63,196 nucleotides of DNA, filler included, from Octopus bimaculoides (GCF_001194135.2; 6 parts of 6 records of this genome joined end to end with filler, not necessarily neighbours in it), one strand, 5' to 3'. Shown: positions 10,786 through 22,630, counted from the first letter of the whole stretch. The notes: generated from the sequence alone by a model not told the origin. Made by a program: numbers and translations.

Positions 10786-11530
10786 AGTGACAAATGCAGA
10801 ATGTGTGGTGAGAAGGGTGAAATGGTATGGCACATCATTCATGAATGCCTGAAATCGGCACAACGAGAATACAAATGATGCCATGACAATGTGGCAAGAA
10901 TGATCCACTGGGAGCTCTGTGGAGGTCATGGCCTGCAAAGAGCAACAACGTGGTATGAGCAAACCCCAGAAGGAGTCACCGAGAATGAGAATTGCAAAAT
11001 CCTGTGAGATGTAGTGGGATCTAGTTCGATCACTCAACCTGACATCGGAAACCAGATATTGTTGTGGTATATACCGCCTGACTGGCCTTTGTAGGGTTTT
11101 CGAGCGAGATCGTTGCCAGTGCCCCTGGACTGGCTCTCGTGCGGGTGGCACATAAAAGACACCATTTCAAGCGTGGCCGTTTTCGTGCGGGTGACACGTA
11201 AAAGCACCCACTACACTCTCTGAGTGGTTGGCGTTAGGAAGGGCATCCAGCTATAGAAACTCTGCCAAATTAGATTGGAGCCTGGTGTTGCCATTCGGTT
11301 TCACCAGTCCTCAGTCAAATCGTCCAACCCATGCTAGCATGGAAGGCGGACGTTAAACGATGATGATGATGATGTATGATAATCGACGTAGTATGCCCCA
11401 GTGACAAAAGGATCAATGTGAAAGAAGATAAAATAAACAACTATGACGATTTGAAGTGGGAAATATGAAAGTTGTGATCAATAAAGAGAGCAGACGTAAT
11501 ATCAATAGTAATTGGTGCACTTGGATGTTC
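10786..11530 (+). mobile_element. R4/Dong-like retrotransposon 3' fragment (zinc knuckle plus restriction-like endonuclease), split by an RTE-tail insertion
   Basis: SDKCRMCGEKGEMVWHIIHEC..AQREYK..HRKPDIVV | IIDVVCPSD..IVIGALG; same motifs as 51590-52140. Confidence 0.75.
11074..11373 (+). mobile_element. Young RTE 3'-end copy ('family C') with (GAT)n tail
   Basis: ggcgttaggaagggcatccagct..catgctagcatggaaggcggacgttaaacgatgatgat; about 6 differences from 53010-53245 over ~220 bp. Confidence 0.85.
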
Positions 11531-11569
11531 GAGGGCTGCTCATGGAAAAACCTCATAAAAAAACCATGG

Positions 11570-11835
11570 GTACTCTGACTTTTGGGGCATGTACCTTTTT
11601 TCCAACTACATGCATATGCTCAGGGCAAGCCCATTCAGTCGCACCATTCTCGTCGCTTTCATCCGCCTTTCAGCAAACTGGTTAGAAGACAACACTTCCC
11701 CCTCCACCTTTATTTTCCTTTTCAAGTAAAACTTAAAGAAGTTGATCAAGGATTGGTCGAGAAAAGGCGTTTGTCTTCAGCCCCTTCAATCTCATTCACC
11801 ATACCTCTTTCACCATGGCCACCAGGCATATAAAA
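11570..11835 (-). mobile_element. Possible L1/Tx1-like LINE C-terminal relic
   Basis: Broken minus-strand frames read CLVAMVKEV..RLKGLKT..LINFFKFYLKRKIKVEGEVLSSNQFAER; family recalled from memory only. Confidence 0.4.
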
Positions 11836-11892
11836 ACAATAATAATAATAATGATGATGATGATGATGATTTCTTTTATAGCCCTGATGCAG

Positions 11893-12175
11893 TACCAAGC
11901 ACTGGCTCTCATGGCTTCTGATATTAACTGATTCGAAGTGTCATCATGTATATTCTTTTGTCTTGTTATAAAAGATGGGCTACAGTAAATATTCTGCTCA
12001 ATGCCACAGATTTGCTTGTCAGTTGTTTGACCGTAACCAGTTGAGCATGTCCCTTGGTGGCTGACGATATGTGCATCTCTGATCACGAGCAGAAGTAATG
12101 GGGGAGCATCATAGCCATATGTTGAGAGGAGTTCTTTGGGGTTTGAATAATTCACCTCTGGAAACATTGGGGAGA
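11893..12175. repeat. Dispersed non-coding repeat ('family D'); copies at 33560-34104 (same orientation) and 27240-27600 (inverted)
   Basis: gccctgatgcagtacc..gatatgtgcatctctgatcacgagcagaagta.. recurs three times with high identity; class not determined. Confidence 0.8.
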
Positions 12176-12308
12176 GTGAGGATTTTGAGACTTGGGTGTT
12201 AAGCATCATAGAAGAAGACCATGTGAGACCTTTCACTACAGGTTGTTGTCTGCTCTTACAGAATTAGCCAGAGCAAGCGAAAGTGAGAGCTCTGAGAAGT
12301 GAAATGGA

Positions 12309-12358
<50 letters not shown>

Positions 12359-12364
12359 TCTTAC

Positions 12365-12472
12365 CTTTGGAGTGTTTTGCGTGATTTTCTTAATATTGGA
12401 ACCCTGTTTGCCAATAATGAACCTGTGAAGCCAGGCTGGGGCCTTCACTTCTTCCACAATCACACTGTTTGC
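12365..12472 (-). CDS. HDLBP: Vigilin exon 7 (KH4 N-half): ANSVIVEEVKAPAWLHRFIIGKQGSNIKKITQNTPK
   Basis: APAWLHRFIIGKQG vs human APSWLHRFIIGKKG; ttcag| and |gtaaga; 108 nt. Confidence 0.97.
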
Positions 12473-13498
12473 CTGAAGTAAAAAGGAAAGGGTCAATAAG
12501 ACAAAAACTTTGACTTTGTATAAACATTACACACACACACGTGTACACAATCATATTCCACAGGATATGGTCTTCCTACATCTGAGTAAGCAACAAATGT
12601 GTTAAATATGATTGTACATCTGCATAATACATTCAACACTGGCTGCTTTGTGCACTTCTAGTTTATATTTAGGCGTGTGTGTGTGTATGTATGCATAGAG
12701 ATAGATTTATAGATAGATAGATAGATAGATCTGCATATGATCATGACGATGATAATAATGATGGCTGTCCACTCATGACTGAAAAAAACCATCACTGACC
12801 ATTGCCCATGAAAAATGCCAGTAATGCTCTGCAAGAAATTACTGCCCACCAGACAACTTCACAAAGCACCTAACAAGCCTTTCTCCATCCTAGTGTCATA
12901 ATCCAGAAAGAGGCCAGGGCAAGATGTCCATATCAATATGGGTCGCAGGCTCAGGAATGTGGGAGCCCCATGATCTCAAGTGCAAGCCAAAGATTCCCAA
13001 AATATCCAATGCCATTTCCTGCATACCTGGTTTTATATCAGAGTGACCTTCTCCTAAAGACAAGCTTTAACAAAATCTGAGGGGTGCCTCACTCTCAGTG
13101 GTCTTCCAGCACACCAGGCATCAACCTGGAGTTTCTGAGGGCCCATGCTATTGCTAGATAGTTGTTGAACCTACACTATGTTCATCCTTGCCTTGATCTT
13201 AGTCCTGCTGGGTTTCTAGCAATCCTCCTCACCAGGCCAGCCCAGTGGGGATGCAGGTTTAATCACTGATGACCCGACCACACAACAGGCTGTACAGAAT
13301 TCCATGTTGCCAGTAGCACTGATGAGACACAGCACAAGTGACCTGACACACACACACAAATTTTTATATAAATATGACCCGTCCTTGTTTTCTTTGTATC
13401 ATCTATCTGGATGTTTTGTTGTCCCTTTTTTGTATCACCTAACTGTCTGGATGTTTTGCGTTCTTGTCCCATTTTGTATTTTTTATAAATAATATATA

Positions 13499-14158
13499 GA
13501 TCTATTTTAAAACGGGGGCGCCAGTTTTCATTTATGTTTTATGTAGTGTTTTTGGTACGGAAAGACTTTTAAACTTCGTATACTTATCTATTTTGTGTTA
13601 TAGAACAGAAAAATATTTTTGTATTCGAATTTATTTCATGTAAAAAAATTGTCTTATTTCGATAATTTCTACTAATCACTGACGTCTATTCAGTTGAAAA
13701 CAGTTAGCGCTGTNNNNNNNNNNNNNNNNNNNNNNNNNNNNNNNNNNNNNNNNNNNNNNNNNNNNNNNNNNNNNNNNNNNNNNNNNNNNNNNNNNNNNNN
13801 NNNNNNNNNNNNNNNNNNNAATTGTTACACACATAGATACGCACTGCGTAATTTATTATATAAACAATATATGCGTATAAATTACGATTAAACCGGATGA
13901 AATATGTCACAGGGAATAACATTTTTATGACCGCCCAGCAGTAAACTCTATTCAGCTGAATAGACGTCAGTGATTGGTTGAAATTACAGAAATACGACAA
14001 CTTTTACATGGAATAATTTGCGAATTCCTTTTTTTTTGTTAAGAAGACTAAAAGTAAAAGATGTTTTATATGACACATTCTACCAGTGTCCCAAGTTTCA
14101 AAGTGTTTCGTTAGTGTTTCGTTAAGAAAATACTGGCGCCCCCGTTTTAAAATAGATC
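13499..14158. mobile_element. MITE with 27-bp TIRs and inner inverted repeats (contains a 106-N gap)
   Basis: GATCTATTTTAAAACGGGGGCGCCAGT (13499-13525) and its reverse complement (14132-14158); inner pair aatcactgacgtctattcag (~13674) and ctgaatagacgtcagtgatt (~13956); TA-rich flanks. Confidence 0.8.
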
Positions 14159-14308
14159 CTAATATATATATGAGAAAGGGACAAGAGGGATCATGAGAAA
14201 TACATTTGGCTGAGAAAACCAGACAAAAAAAAAAGCAGAAAGTAAGAGGACAAAGCAGAAAGTAAGAGGACAAAGCAGAAAGAATGTGAAATATGGAGTA
14301 TTGTTTAC

Positions 14309-14515
14309 CTTGGAGTATACCATAGTAAGGGCTGGGCCCAGCTTATCCTCTTCTCCACGAAGTGTAATAGTTCCTGAGGGACTTTCCAAACTTGGTACCT
14401 CAACAGATACACCTGTTGCTTCCAGAATCTCCTGGATATTAGCTCTCTTCTGACCAATCACATATTTGTGTTGGCACTTGCGCACTTCGACGGACACAGG
14501 CTGACACTTCTTTTT
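14309..14515 (-). CDS. HDLBP: Vigilin exon 6 (KH3): KKKCQPVSVEVRKCQHKYVIGQKRANIQEIL...LTMVYSK
   Basis: Matches human VEVKKSQHKYVIGPKGNSLQEILERTGVSVE; ttctag| and |gtaaac; 207 nt. Confidence 0.97.
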
Positions 14516-15310
14516 CTAGAAAAAGGAAAAAAAGAAAGCTTAGAATCGTACCTACCTATATATATATATATATATATATAAATATATATATATACATACA
14601 CACACACACACACGCACATACTCATATATACATACATAAACCTACACTTATATACAAATCTGTACTTAAACACAAACATACACAAATATACTCGCACATA
14701 TATACACATATGTACCTACACAAACACAAATATACCTACACATATTTACATACACAGGCACAAATGAACCTATCCTCCAAAGAAACAAAGAAATGGATGA
14801 TAAGCACAGAAATGGTCAGTCTTCATCATCACTTTCTTACTTTGTTATCTCTAAATGCTTTATTTCATTCTTCATTCTGTTTGGCACTTTCTTCCTTATA
14901 ATCTAAACATGAAGATAGAATTGTAATTTACACTCAACCTAACCCACTTTTGTCTATTTCTTTATTTCCTTATAATTGTATTTTTGTCTGTAAACTGCTG
15001 AAAATAACATCCTGGTTTGGGTGTGCATTCTCATACTGAATGAAATAATGAGAGGATCTTACAAAGGACTTGTTTAAACAATCACTTGAGGAGGTGCTTT
15101 TACACCTTGGATGGATGATAATAATTACACAACACCCCACCAATGTACTACAGGTGTGAAAATGTAACGAAACAATAGTAGTGATTCTAAAGAATGTCAT
15201 TGCCATTTATTCCATTTTCTATCATTTATCGACTTACACATATATACAGACATGCATACCTACATATATCCTATATGTAATACCTACATATATACCTGAT
15301 GCACTTATAT

Positions 15311-15610
15311 AGTGTCTTGCTCAAGGACACAACATACCTCTGCGAATTGAATTTACACCTTAATGATCATGAACCGATTTCTCATTGCTCCAGTCTACTC
15401 AGCAGGTAAAAATGAGTTGTACCCATAATTCAAAGGATTAGGCTTGTCACATTCCGTGTTGTGCTGAATCTCCCTGAGAACTACATTAAGGATACACGTG
15501 TCTGTGGAGCACTCAGCCACTTGTATGTTAATTTCACAAGAAGGCTGTTCAGCTGATTGAATCAACTGGAACACTCGTTGTCGTAACCAACGAAGAGTGC
15601 GAGTCACACC
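15311..15610. mobile_element. Rearranged 'family E' SINE with inverted head
   Basis: Body (cattgctccagtc..gtaattcaaagg..aactggaac) is plus-oriented, while head segment gtgtcttgctcaaggacacaac (15313-15375) is minus-oriented, compared with the copy at 24700-25030. Confidence 0.6.
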
Positions 15611-16290
15611 TGCGTATATCTACACTTAATTACACAACAGAACAACTACAGTCAGGTGTTCTATTCAATGCCATGTACCTTCCGCTGCCAAACTTCCCCA
15701 CACACCCTCATCACACCTTTACTGCTTTGCTGAGACACCATCAACACACACAACTTTCAAAAGTTTATGAGATTCAATGAATTGACTGCAATGCTTCAAT
15801 AAATCCAGCCGACAAACTCTGTGGTGAGTGACATCATCTGCTGTAGCCATGACAACCACTCTAGTGTCAATGTCATGATAAAATGCACCCAGTTTAGTAT
15901 GCAATGTGGGTGGTGTTAAGAAGGGTATCCAACTGTAATGTTGGAACAAGACATGTCCATCTGACCTGTTTAGGAATTCAATGACTGAATAAGAACTGAC
16001 GTGGATGGTTATGATCCTTCTAACCCATGCCAGCATGGAAAATGAATGTAAAATGATGATGGGCGAATGAGAGAATAAAGCAGGACCCTTGTTGTACCCA
16101 AAATGGAGACCATTGTTGACAGTAGTGCTTATAAAAGCCTGTTCCCTAGACACAGAAGAATTGAAAGAAACTACAAAAACAGGGTTCAAATTAGGTTCCT
16201 AATGATGCTGGTAAATAAGAGCCAATAGTATTGTAAAGGGAACCAGATTACAGGTGAGTGTTGCTATGCAACAGTTCTACAATGGATTAC

Positions 16291-16506
16291 CTTCTCTTCC
16301 AAAGTCTTCAGGATGAAGGTTTTTGCCTTCATCACACCTTCCTTCTCTCCAGAAACCACAATCTCGTCTTTCATTACACTCGGTGGTGGCACGTTAATGC
16401 GGACGTTTGTAGATTCCATGAGAGATTTGATGTTGTTGTTGTGAGGTCCACAAATGAAAGGGTGATAGATCTTTGGAACAGGTATACGTTCAAAAGCCAG
16501 TTTAGC
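16291..16506 (-). CDS. HDLBP: Vigilin exon 5 (KH2): AKLAFERIPVPKIYHPFICGPHNN...LKTLEEK
   Basis: Matches human AFHPFIAGPYN...RINIPPPSV; taaag| and |gtaatc; 216 nt. Confidence 0.97.
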
Positions 16507-16706
16507 CTTTAAAGACAGCGACAAAGAAAAAAAGAACACGTGTAAACAACAGCAAAAGAAGCATATATAAATAAACATACATATAGTCCAGGTGAAAAGA
16601 AATATATACATGTATGTGTTCAGATATCGTGTGTAGGTAAGAAGTTCTTTCATCACAATTCTTTATAAGAACCATTTGTTGAAATATCTTTGAAAAATCA
16701 GCTTAA

Positions 16707-16931
16707 CCCTTTTGTTACCGTATTTATTTTGAGACGCTCTGGGTTTCTTTCAATTAATTTTAAATATAACAAAGGATTTAGTAAAATAACTTAGTTATCA
16801 TCATTAAGTTGGTATTAGGAACAAAAATTGTGACCAAGGTTTGGTGGAAGATTTTCATTCAAAGCTTATGAAAACAAGACTTTTGTACTACAGAGCCAGA
16901 GGCAGTTTCAGCAGGATTGGTATCGAAAGGG
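16707..16931. mobile_element. Second piggyBac-like MITE subfamily (225 bp)
   Basis: TTAA-CCCTTTtGtTACC ... GGTATCGAAAGGG-TTAA; partial relative ending aaaagggttaa near 41600. Confidence 0.75.
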
Positions 16932-17094
16932 TTAATTATGAAGTTCATTACTCTAGTAAATTCCTCCAAATTCTTGATTATTTCTCAAAATTAAAACCTA
17001 GATGTATTTCATGAGAAATATTGCTACAAAAGGGTTGAATTTGAGTTCAGTTTTCTGTGATGCAATGAAAAAGAAGCAAAATGTCTCGACATAC

Positions 17095-17298
17095 CTGTTC
17101 GTCTGAAGTGCACTGTATTTCATGGCGGGCTTTCTCGACACCTTCTTTTGTGCCAACAATACGAATGATGTCTGTGTTATCAGCGCGAGGGATTATAATC
17201 TTTGTGGCAGTGTTCAGCTCAAGTTCCTGCAATTTCTTTCCATTTTTCCCCAAAATAAATCGATGGTGTTCTTTAGGAATTTTAATTGTATAACTTGC
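17095..17298 (-). CDS. HDLBP: Vigilin exon 4 (KH1): ASYTIKIPKEHHRFILGKNG...KARHEIQCTSDEQ
   Basis: IPKEHHRF-LGKNG KH motif; ttttag| and |gtatgt; 204 nt, phase 0/0. Confidence 0.97.
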
Positions 17299-18024
17299 CT
17301 AAAACATGAAAGAGAAAAACTAAATGAAATTGATGTCTGTGTTTGTGTGTGTGTAATTAAGGAGGAATAACAAATAATTTACCTATGTCTGTGTTTGATT
17401 TATCAACTAGGAGTAGCAACTAATTAGCATATGTCAATGTTTAATGAACTAATGAGGAGTAACAATTTATGCATGCTGTATTTTGCTTGGTGTATTAACA
17501 AGAAGTAGTAGTTAATTTACATGTGTCAATGTTTGATGAGAGATAACAATTTATGCATGTGTATTAACGAGGAGTAACAATCAATTTACATATGTCAGTG
17601 CTTGATGTATTAATGAGGAGTAGTAATTAATTTACATAGCGTTTGACAATTGACTCAAAGAACCTTGTAACCAATGACATAATTGTCTGTCAATTTCAAT
17701 ACAAAATAAGCAAATAGATCTAATGACAGACAAACTAGACGTTGGTATGTGTCCTTAGCTAGCAGCAGAGTGAATGATCTAGCTTGAAGGAATAAACAAA
17801 AAAGATATTACCAATAATTAGCTAATAGCTTAGAAACAGAATAATAAGGTAAAGGTTGGGGTGAGAGAGAAATTGTTGCTTTAAAACTGTAGCTCAATAA
17901 TTAACTAATGAGAGACAAATGGATATGGAATTGTGACAAAGACGGGGTAGGTTTTATATTTACATCTACAAAAGGGTCTCTCAACAATTTCTTTTGTTTC
18001 ATGACCCATTTTGATATATATATA

Positions 18025-18480
18025 TCATCATCATCATCGTCGGCATTTAACGTCCGCTTTCCATGCTAGCATGGGTTGGATGATTTGACTGAGTACTGGT
18101 GAACCGGATAGCTGCACCAGGCTCCAATCTGATCTGGCAGAGTTCCTACAGCTGGATGCCCTTCCTAACGCCAACCACTCCGAGAGTGTAATGGGTGCTT
18201 TTACGTGCCACCGGCGCAAAGGCCAGTCACGCAGTACTGGCAACGGCCACGCTCAAATTGGTGTTTTTTACATGCCACCTGCACAGGAGCCAGTTCAGCG
18301 GCACTGGCAATGACCTCGCTCGAATGATTTTCTAAACGTGCCAGTAAGGCAACGCTGGTAACGATCACGCTCAAATGGTGCTATTTACATGCCACTAGCA
18401 CGGAAGCCAGACAGCTGCTCTGGCAATGATCACGCTCGGACGGTGCTTTTAGTGTTCCACTGGTACAGGTGCCAGTCATC
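18025..18480 (-). mobile_element. Family C RTE 3' end with internal tandem units
   Basis: catcatcatcgtcggcatttaacgtccgctttccatgctagcatggg..gatgcccttcctaacgcc plus repeated ttttacgtgccac units. Related copies: 21048-21420, 28908-29250, 53010-53245. Confidence 0.85.
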
Positions 18481-18927
18481 GAATATGGTTCAAATACGAT
18501 TTCGAATTAACGACCAAGAGTTTCGTGTATTAGCACTTATCAAACTAAGACAAAACTCTCGACCCCTGAGTCACTCTGTTACTTCTGCTGAATATTAATA
18601 AAAAATATATACATATATTCAGATTTTGAGTCCTATTTTCGTTCTTTGCATCACCAAACCTATATACTCATAAATACATTTTATGTATATATAAAAAACC
18701 TCTATGTTTATATTCTCCTCTCCTACCGTGCTCTCTACGCATTCTGATTGACTCTTCTACATGTTAACATGTACCACCCCGTGACAATGTAAACTTCCAT
18801 TTAACCAAGATGTCCTTGGCCTGAAGAGTTAGCTGCGCAGTATACACCTTGCCTGGATATTTACCTCTTCCGAAGTTTTGCTCGCTATGAAACATATGTA
18901 GCCTGGATCTTATCAACTCCATTCCTT

Positions 18928-18929
<2 letters not shown>

Positions 18930-18990
<61 letters not shown>
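18930..18990. repeat. Pure (GT)n microsatellite, ~30 units
   Basis: Directly visible. Confidence 0.95.
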
Positions 18991-18994
<4 letters not shown>

Positions 18995-19408
18995 TATCTA
19001 CCTTGATGGTAGATAAATGAAAATATAGAATAATATCCATATCTAAAGATAAAGCTAATATTCTAGAAAATTATAATTCATATTTACTCATTTCAAACAT
19101 TTAAATATTTAATGAGATTAAATTGATTAACAACTATAATCAAACAATAATACTTCCAGAAATCTTTGCATCAATGAATCAAGTGTTGTTACAAACACAA
19201 TGTTGTAAAAATGAGAAATAGTTTTCCTCTGACATACACAACAACGATTAGCATACTTGTGTTTGAATCTACCAGAATATAATTAAGAATAAATATGCAG
19301 ATCATCACATTTAACAAGGCCAAACTAATTAATAACTATAATAAAACATATTTAATGAGACTAATCTAAGCAGATGGCAGAAAGAAGCAAACTATGTTTT
19401 GTCTTTAC

Positions 19409-19524
19409 CTGTGTTTGCAGTTCCGAAACTACTTCACGACGGGCTTTCATGACATCATCAGGTTTTCCACTGATGACAACAGTCAAACTTTGATCTTTAG
19501 CCAAACTCATCTCAATGGATACAC
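19409..19524 (-). CDS. HDLBP: Vigilin exon 3: (G)VSIEMSLAKDQSLTVVISGKPDDVMKARREVVSELQTQ
   Basis: Matches human LELSLAKDQGLSIMVSGKLDAVMKARKDIVARLQTQ; ttccag| and |gtaaag; 116 nt restores phase 0. Confidence 0.95.
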
Positions 19525-20858
19525 CTGGAACAGGTGAGGAAAAAAAAAAACAAAAAAACAATACAATGAAAATATCAAATATATTTAAAGATGAATAGAA
19601 AGAATGGGGTGAGGTTGCTGGGTGTGTGAGATGTCAGTAACATGGATGAAGGAAAGAGAAGCTGGTATGGGTCAGATGGCTTGACAGGAGCTGGTAAGGC
19701 CAGGGGCCGCTAGGTTCCAGAGTCTGTTTTGGCATGGTTTCTATGGCTAGGTGCCCTTCCTAATGCCAACCACTTTACAGTGTGCACTGGGTGCCATCAC
19801 CATTGGATAGTTTTTATGGAAGAAGAGGACAACAGAAGACATGGGAAGGAATGGTGGGGATAGATCTCAAGATGATTGTCTTCACAAATGAGGTGGGGGG
19901 GGGGCTGTTGAATGAGGGCACATCAACCCACACTACAATACAAAGGAGAGGTTAAAAAGGTGATAAAAATCAAAGCAGTTGTGTGGTTACGAAGCTTGCT
20001 TTGTAATCATGTGGTTTCTGGTTCAAGTCCACACAGCATGACACCTTGGTCAAGTGTCTTCTGCTATTGCTCCAGGTCAACCAAAGCCTTGAGGGGATTT
20101 GGGAAATTGAACCCATGGTTGGAAGGCAAGCTGCTTGACCACACATCCCTGCCTGAGCCTATCAGTACTGAGTACTAAGTCCTCTCTCAGACAAATAACT
20201 CAGAGTGTCTCCTGTCAGAAAGCTACTTCAGAGATGGAAAATCATAACAGAGACTCCATTGTAAAATGGTGATGTTATATAGCACCAGGTCAGGCCTGAC
20301 TGTGTAAGCATAACAATCAAATGAATTCCAGCTATGACCACCTTGGCTTTTTATATATCTGGAACTAAAATGTACGATATGTTCTTGCTTTCCTTTTAAA
20401 GTAACATAGAATAATTTTGAAGATATGTAGCTGCTATTTCTAGCAGGTTGAGTGGCCACATAGGGGCATCCTTGCAAGTTCATCCCGACTGTATGTACTT
20501 TTATTTTCAATATACTGTCAAGGTGAACCACAAAGTTACATTACATTAACTTTGGCCTTTGTTAGGTGCTGCACAATGGAATTGAACCTGAAACCACATG
20601 ACTTGGAAGCAAACTTCTTAATCAACCCTTCATGCATGCCTCCACCTAAATATAATTCAAGTCATACGTTGTCTTCAAAGATGAATGACACATTAGATAA
20701 TGTAATCCCAGATACATTATGCCTGGGAGGTAAAAACAAAGACGCAGGGGTGATCACAATCAAGGAGCCTTTTTTATGCTGGATCTGCTTGAAGTGACTG
20801 ACTTTTGGGGCCCATTACTGCTACTCCAGTTGTTGTAGCTACTACAACTACTACTCAC

Positions 20859-20967
20859 CAGTTTTTTGCATAATTTCACGGCAGATCTTGGCCTGTTCAC
20901 CTTCCTCTCCAAAACTGTGTTCATTGATCTCTTTAAAACGCCTCTCTTCAAGAGGAACGGTGAAAAT
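20859..20967 (-). CDS. HDLBP: Vigilin exon 2: IFTVPLEERRFKEINEHSFGEEGEQAKICREIMQKT+G
   Basis: Matches human VFHVPLEERKYKDMNQFGEGEQAKICLEIMQRTG; tttttcag| acceptor, |gtgagt donor; 109 nt, ends phase 1. Confidence 0.95.
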
Positions 20968-21967
20968 CTGAAAAAGAGGAGCAGAAGGAGTTAAGAAATG
21001 GAACTATTTCAAAGGAGCAAATTAAAAATACATACATACATACATACAACATCATCATCATCATCATTTAAGGTCTGTTTTCCATACTGTCATGGGTTGG
21101 ACGGTTTGGCAGGAGCAGGCTCCAAGGCATCTGTTTTGGCATGGGTTCTAAGATTGGATGCCCTTCCTAATGCCATCCACACAACAGAGTGGGCTGGGTG
21201 CTTTTTTACGTGACACCAGCACAGGTACTTTATACGTGGCGCTTCTTACTTGGCACCAGCATGGGTGTTTTCTAAGTGGCACCAGCACAGACACTTATTA
21301 TGTGGCACCAGCACAAGCATTTCTTATGTGGTACCAATACTGGCATGGGGTTAGATGGTTTGACAGGATCTGGTGATGCCAAGATCCAGTGTCAACTTCG
21401 ACATGGTTTCTACAGCTGGGTACTGTTCCTAACAGTACCCAGCCGCTTGCCCAAGGTGTCGCACAGTGGACTGAACTGATTGGGAAATGGACTTTTCCAC
21501 CACAGCCATATCTGCACCAGTGTGCATCTGTGCACAAAGTAAGGTACAAGTGGTGCACATATTAAGGACCATTAGACAACACCAATCATGTTATCTGGCT
21601 CAGACTTGAGAGAGACCCAACTTCAACAAAGATTTGGATAAGATGTCGACCCTTCATCTGAAACAAGAGGGAAGGTGATTGTGAGTTCAAACCCTGTCAC
21701 TGCAGCATAAAGTCCTGGAAGAGAAAATGGAAAAATGCAACCAAGGAACTTCAACTGGACAGATTCAGAAGAACCAGGAGAATTACTGAGGTTGGTGATT
21801 ATGGAATGAATAAATTAGAGCTAGGTCAGGTAAGGTTGTTTGTTAATTGGTCAATGGTTCAAATCTTTGGAAGATTGGGCTCCCATCCAGGCTAGATAAA
21901 GTCTTCAATGGTGCCAACTCAATACAATTTAGAGTTTACCAATTCCACATTACAAGAGATTTTTTAT

Positions 21968-22345
21968 CTTTTGGTTGTTTCAGTCATTTGATTGTGGCCA
22001 TGCTGGAGCACTGCCTGGAGGAATTTTTAGATAAATGAATCAAACCCAGGACATTTTTTTTTAGCCTGGTACTTATTATATCAGTCTCTTTTGCTGAACA
22101 GCTAAGTTATGGGGACATAAACAAACTAACACCAGTTGTCTTGTAGTGGTGGTGGGGGGACACACAAACCTACACACATATATACAATGGGCTTCTTTCA
22201 GTTTCTGTCTACTAAATCCACTCACAAGGCTTTGGTTGGTCTGAAGCTGAACTAGAAGACACTCACCCAAGATGCTATGCAGTGGAGATTGAACTCAGAA
22301 CCATGTGGTTGGGAAGCAAACTTCTTACCACAAAGGCACTCATAC
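21968..22345 (-). mobile_element. Family B SINE; further copies at 30805-31172, 35255-35650, 39525-39865 (all minus)
   Basis: Same module as 5186-5575. Confidence 0.85.
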
Positions 22346-22468
22346 ACCAAAGATAGAGATAATTATTGAGAGTCAACTCCACAGGACATTCTTTCAGAAG
22401 TTGATGAATCCCCTACGACACAGGAATGGCTGAAGAATAAAACAGAAGCAGGACATGTTTCGTCTTAC

Positions 22469-22630
22469 CTGTGTTGTTTTGGTACAGCGTCGTGCGAATT
22501 TATTCTCTCCATGGGAGGCATTGGTAGCTGGCAAGTCATTCTTGTCTGAGAGAAGAGCAGGAAAAGCCTCATCGTAGGTCTGCGGCTCGTAAGCCTCATC
22601 CTCAATATTGGTAACCACCTCAGTCGCCAT
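22469..22630 (-). CDS. HDLBP: Vigilin coding exon 1 (ATG at 22630): MATEVVTNIEDEAYEPQTYDEAFPALLSDKNDLPATNASHGENKFARRCTKTTQ
   Basis: PQTYDEAFPAL resembles the human vigilin N-terminal PPTYKDAFPPL; donor CAG|gtaaga at 22469/22468; 162 nt, phase 0. Acceptor tttgtag| at 22677/22676 adds 46 nt of 5'UTR (22631-22676). Confidence 0.9.

Noticed and set aside
16430-16460. KH2 loop GPHN as a novel degenerate GxxG
   Set aside because: Human vigilin also lacks the second Gly here (GPYN), so it is ancestral.
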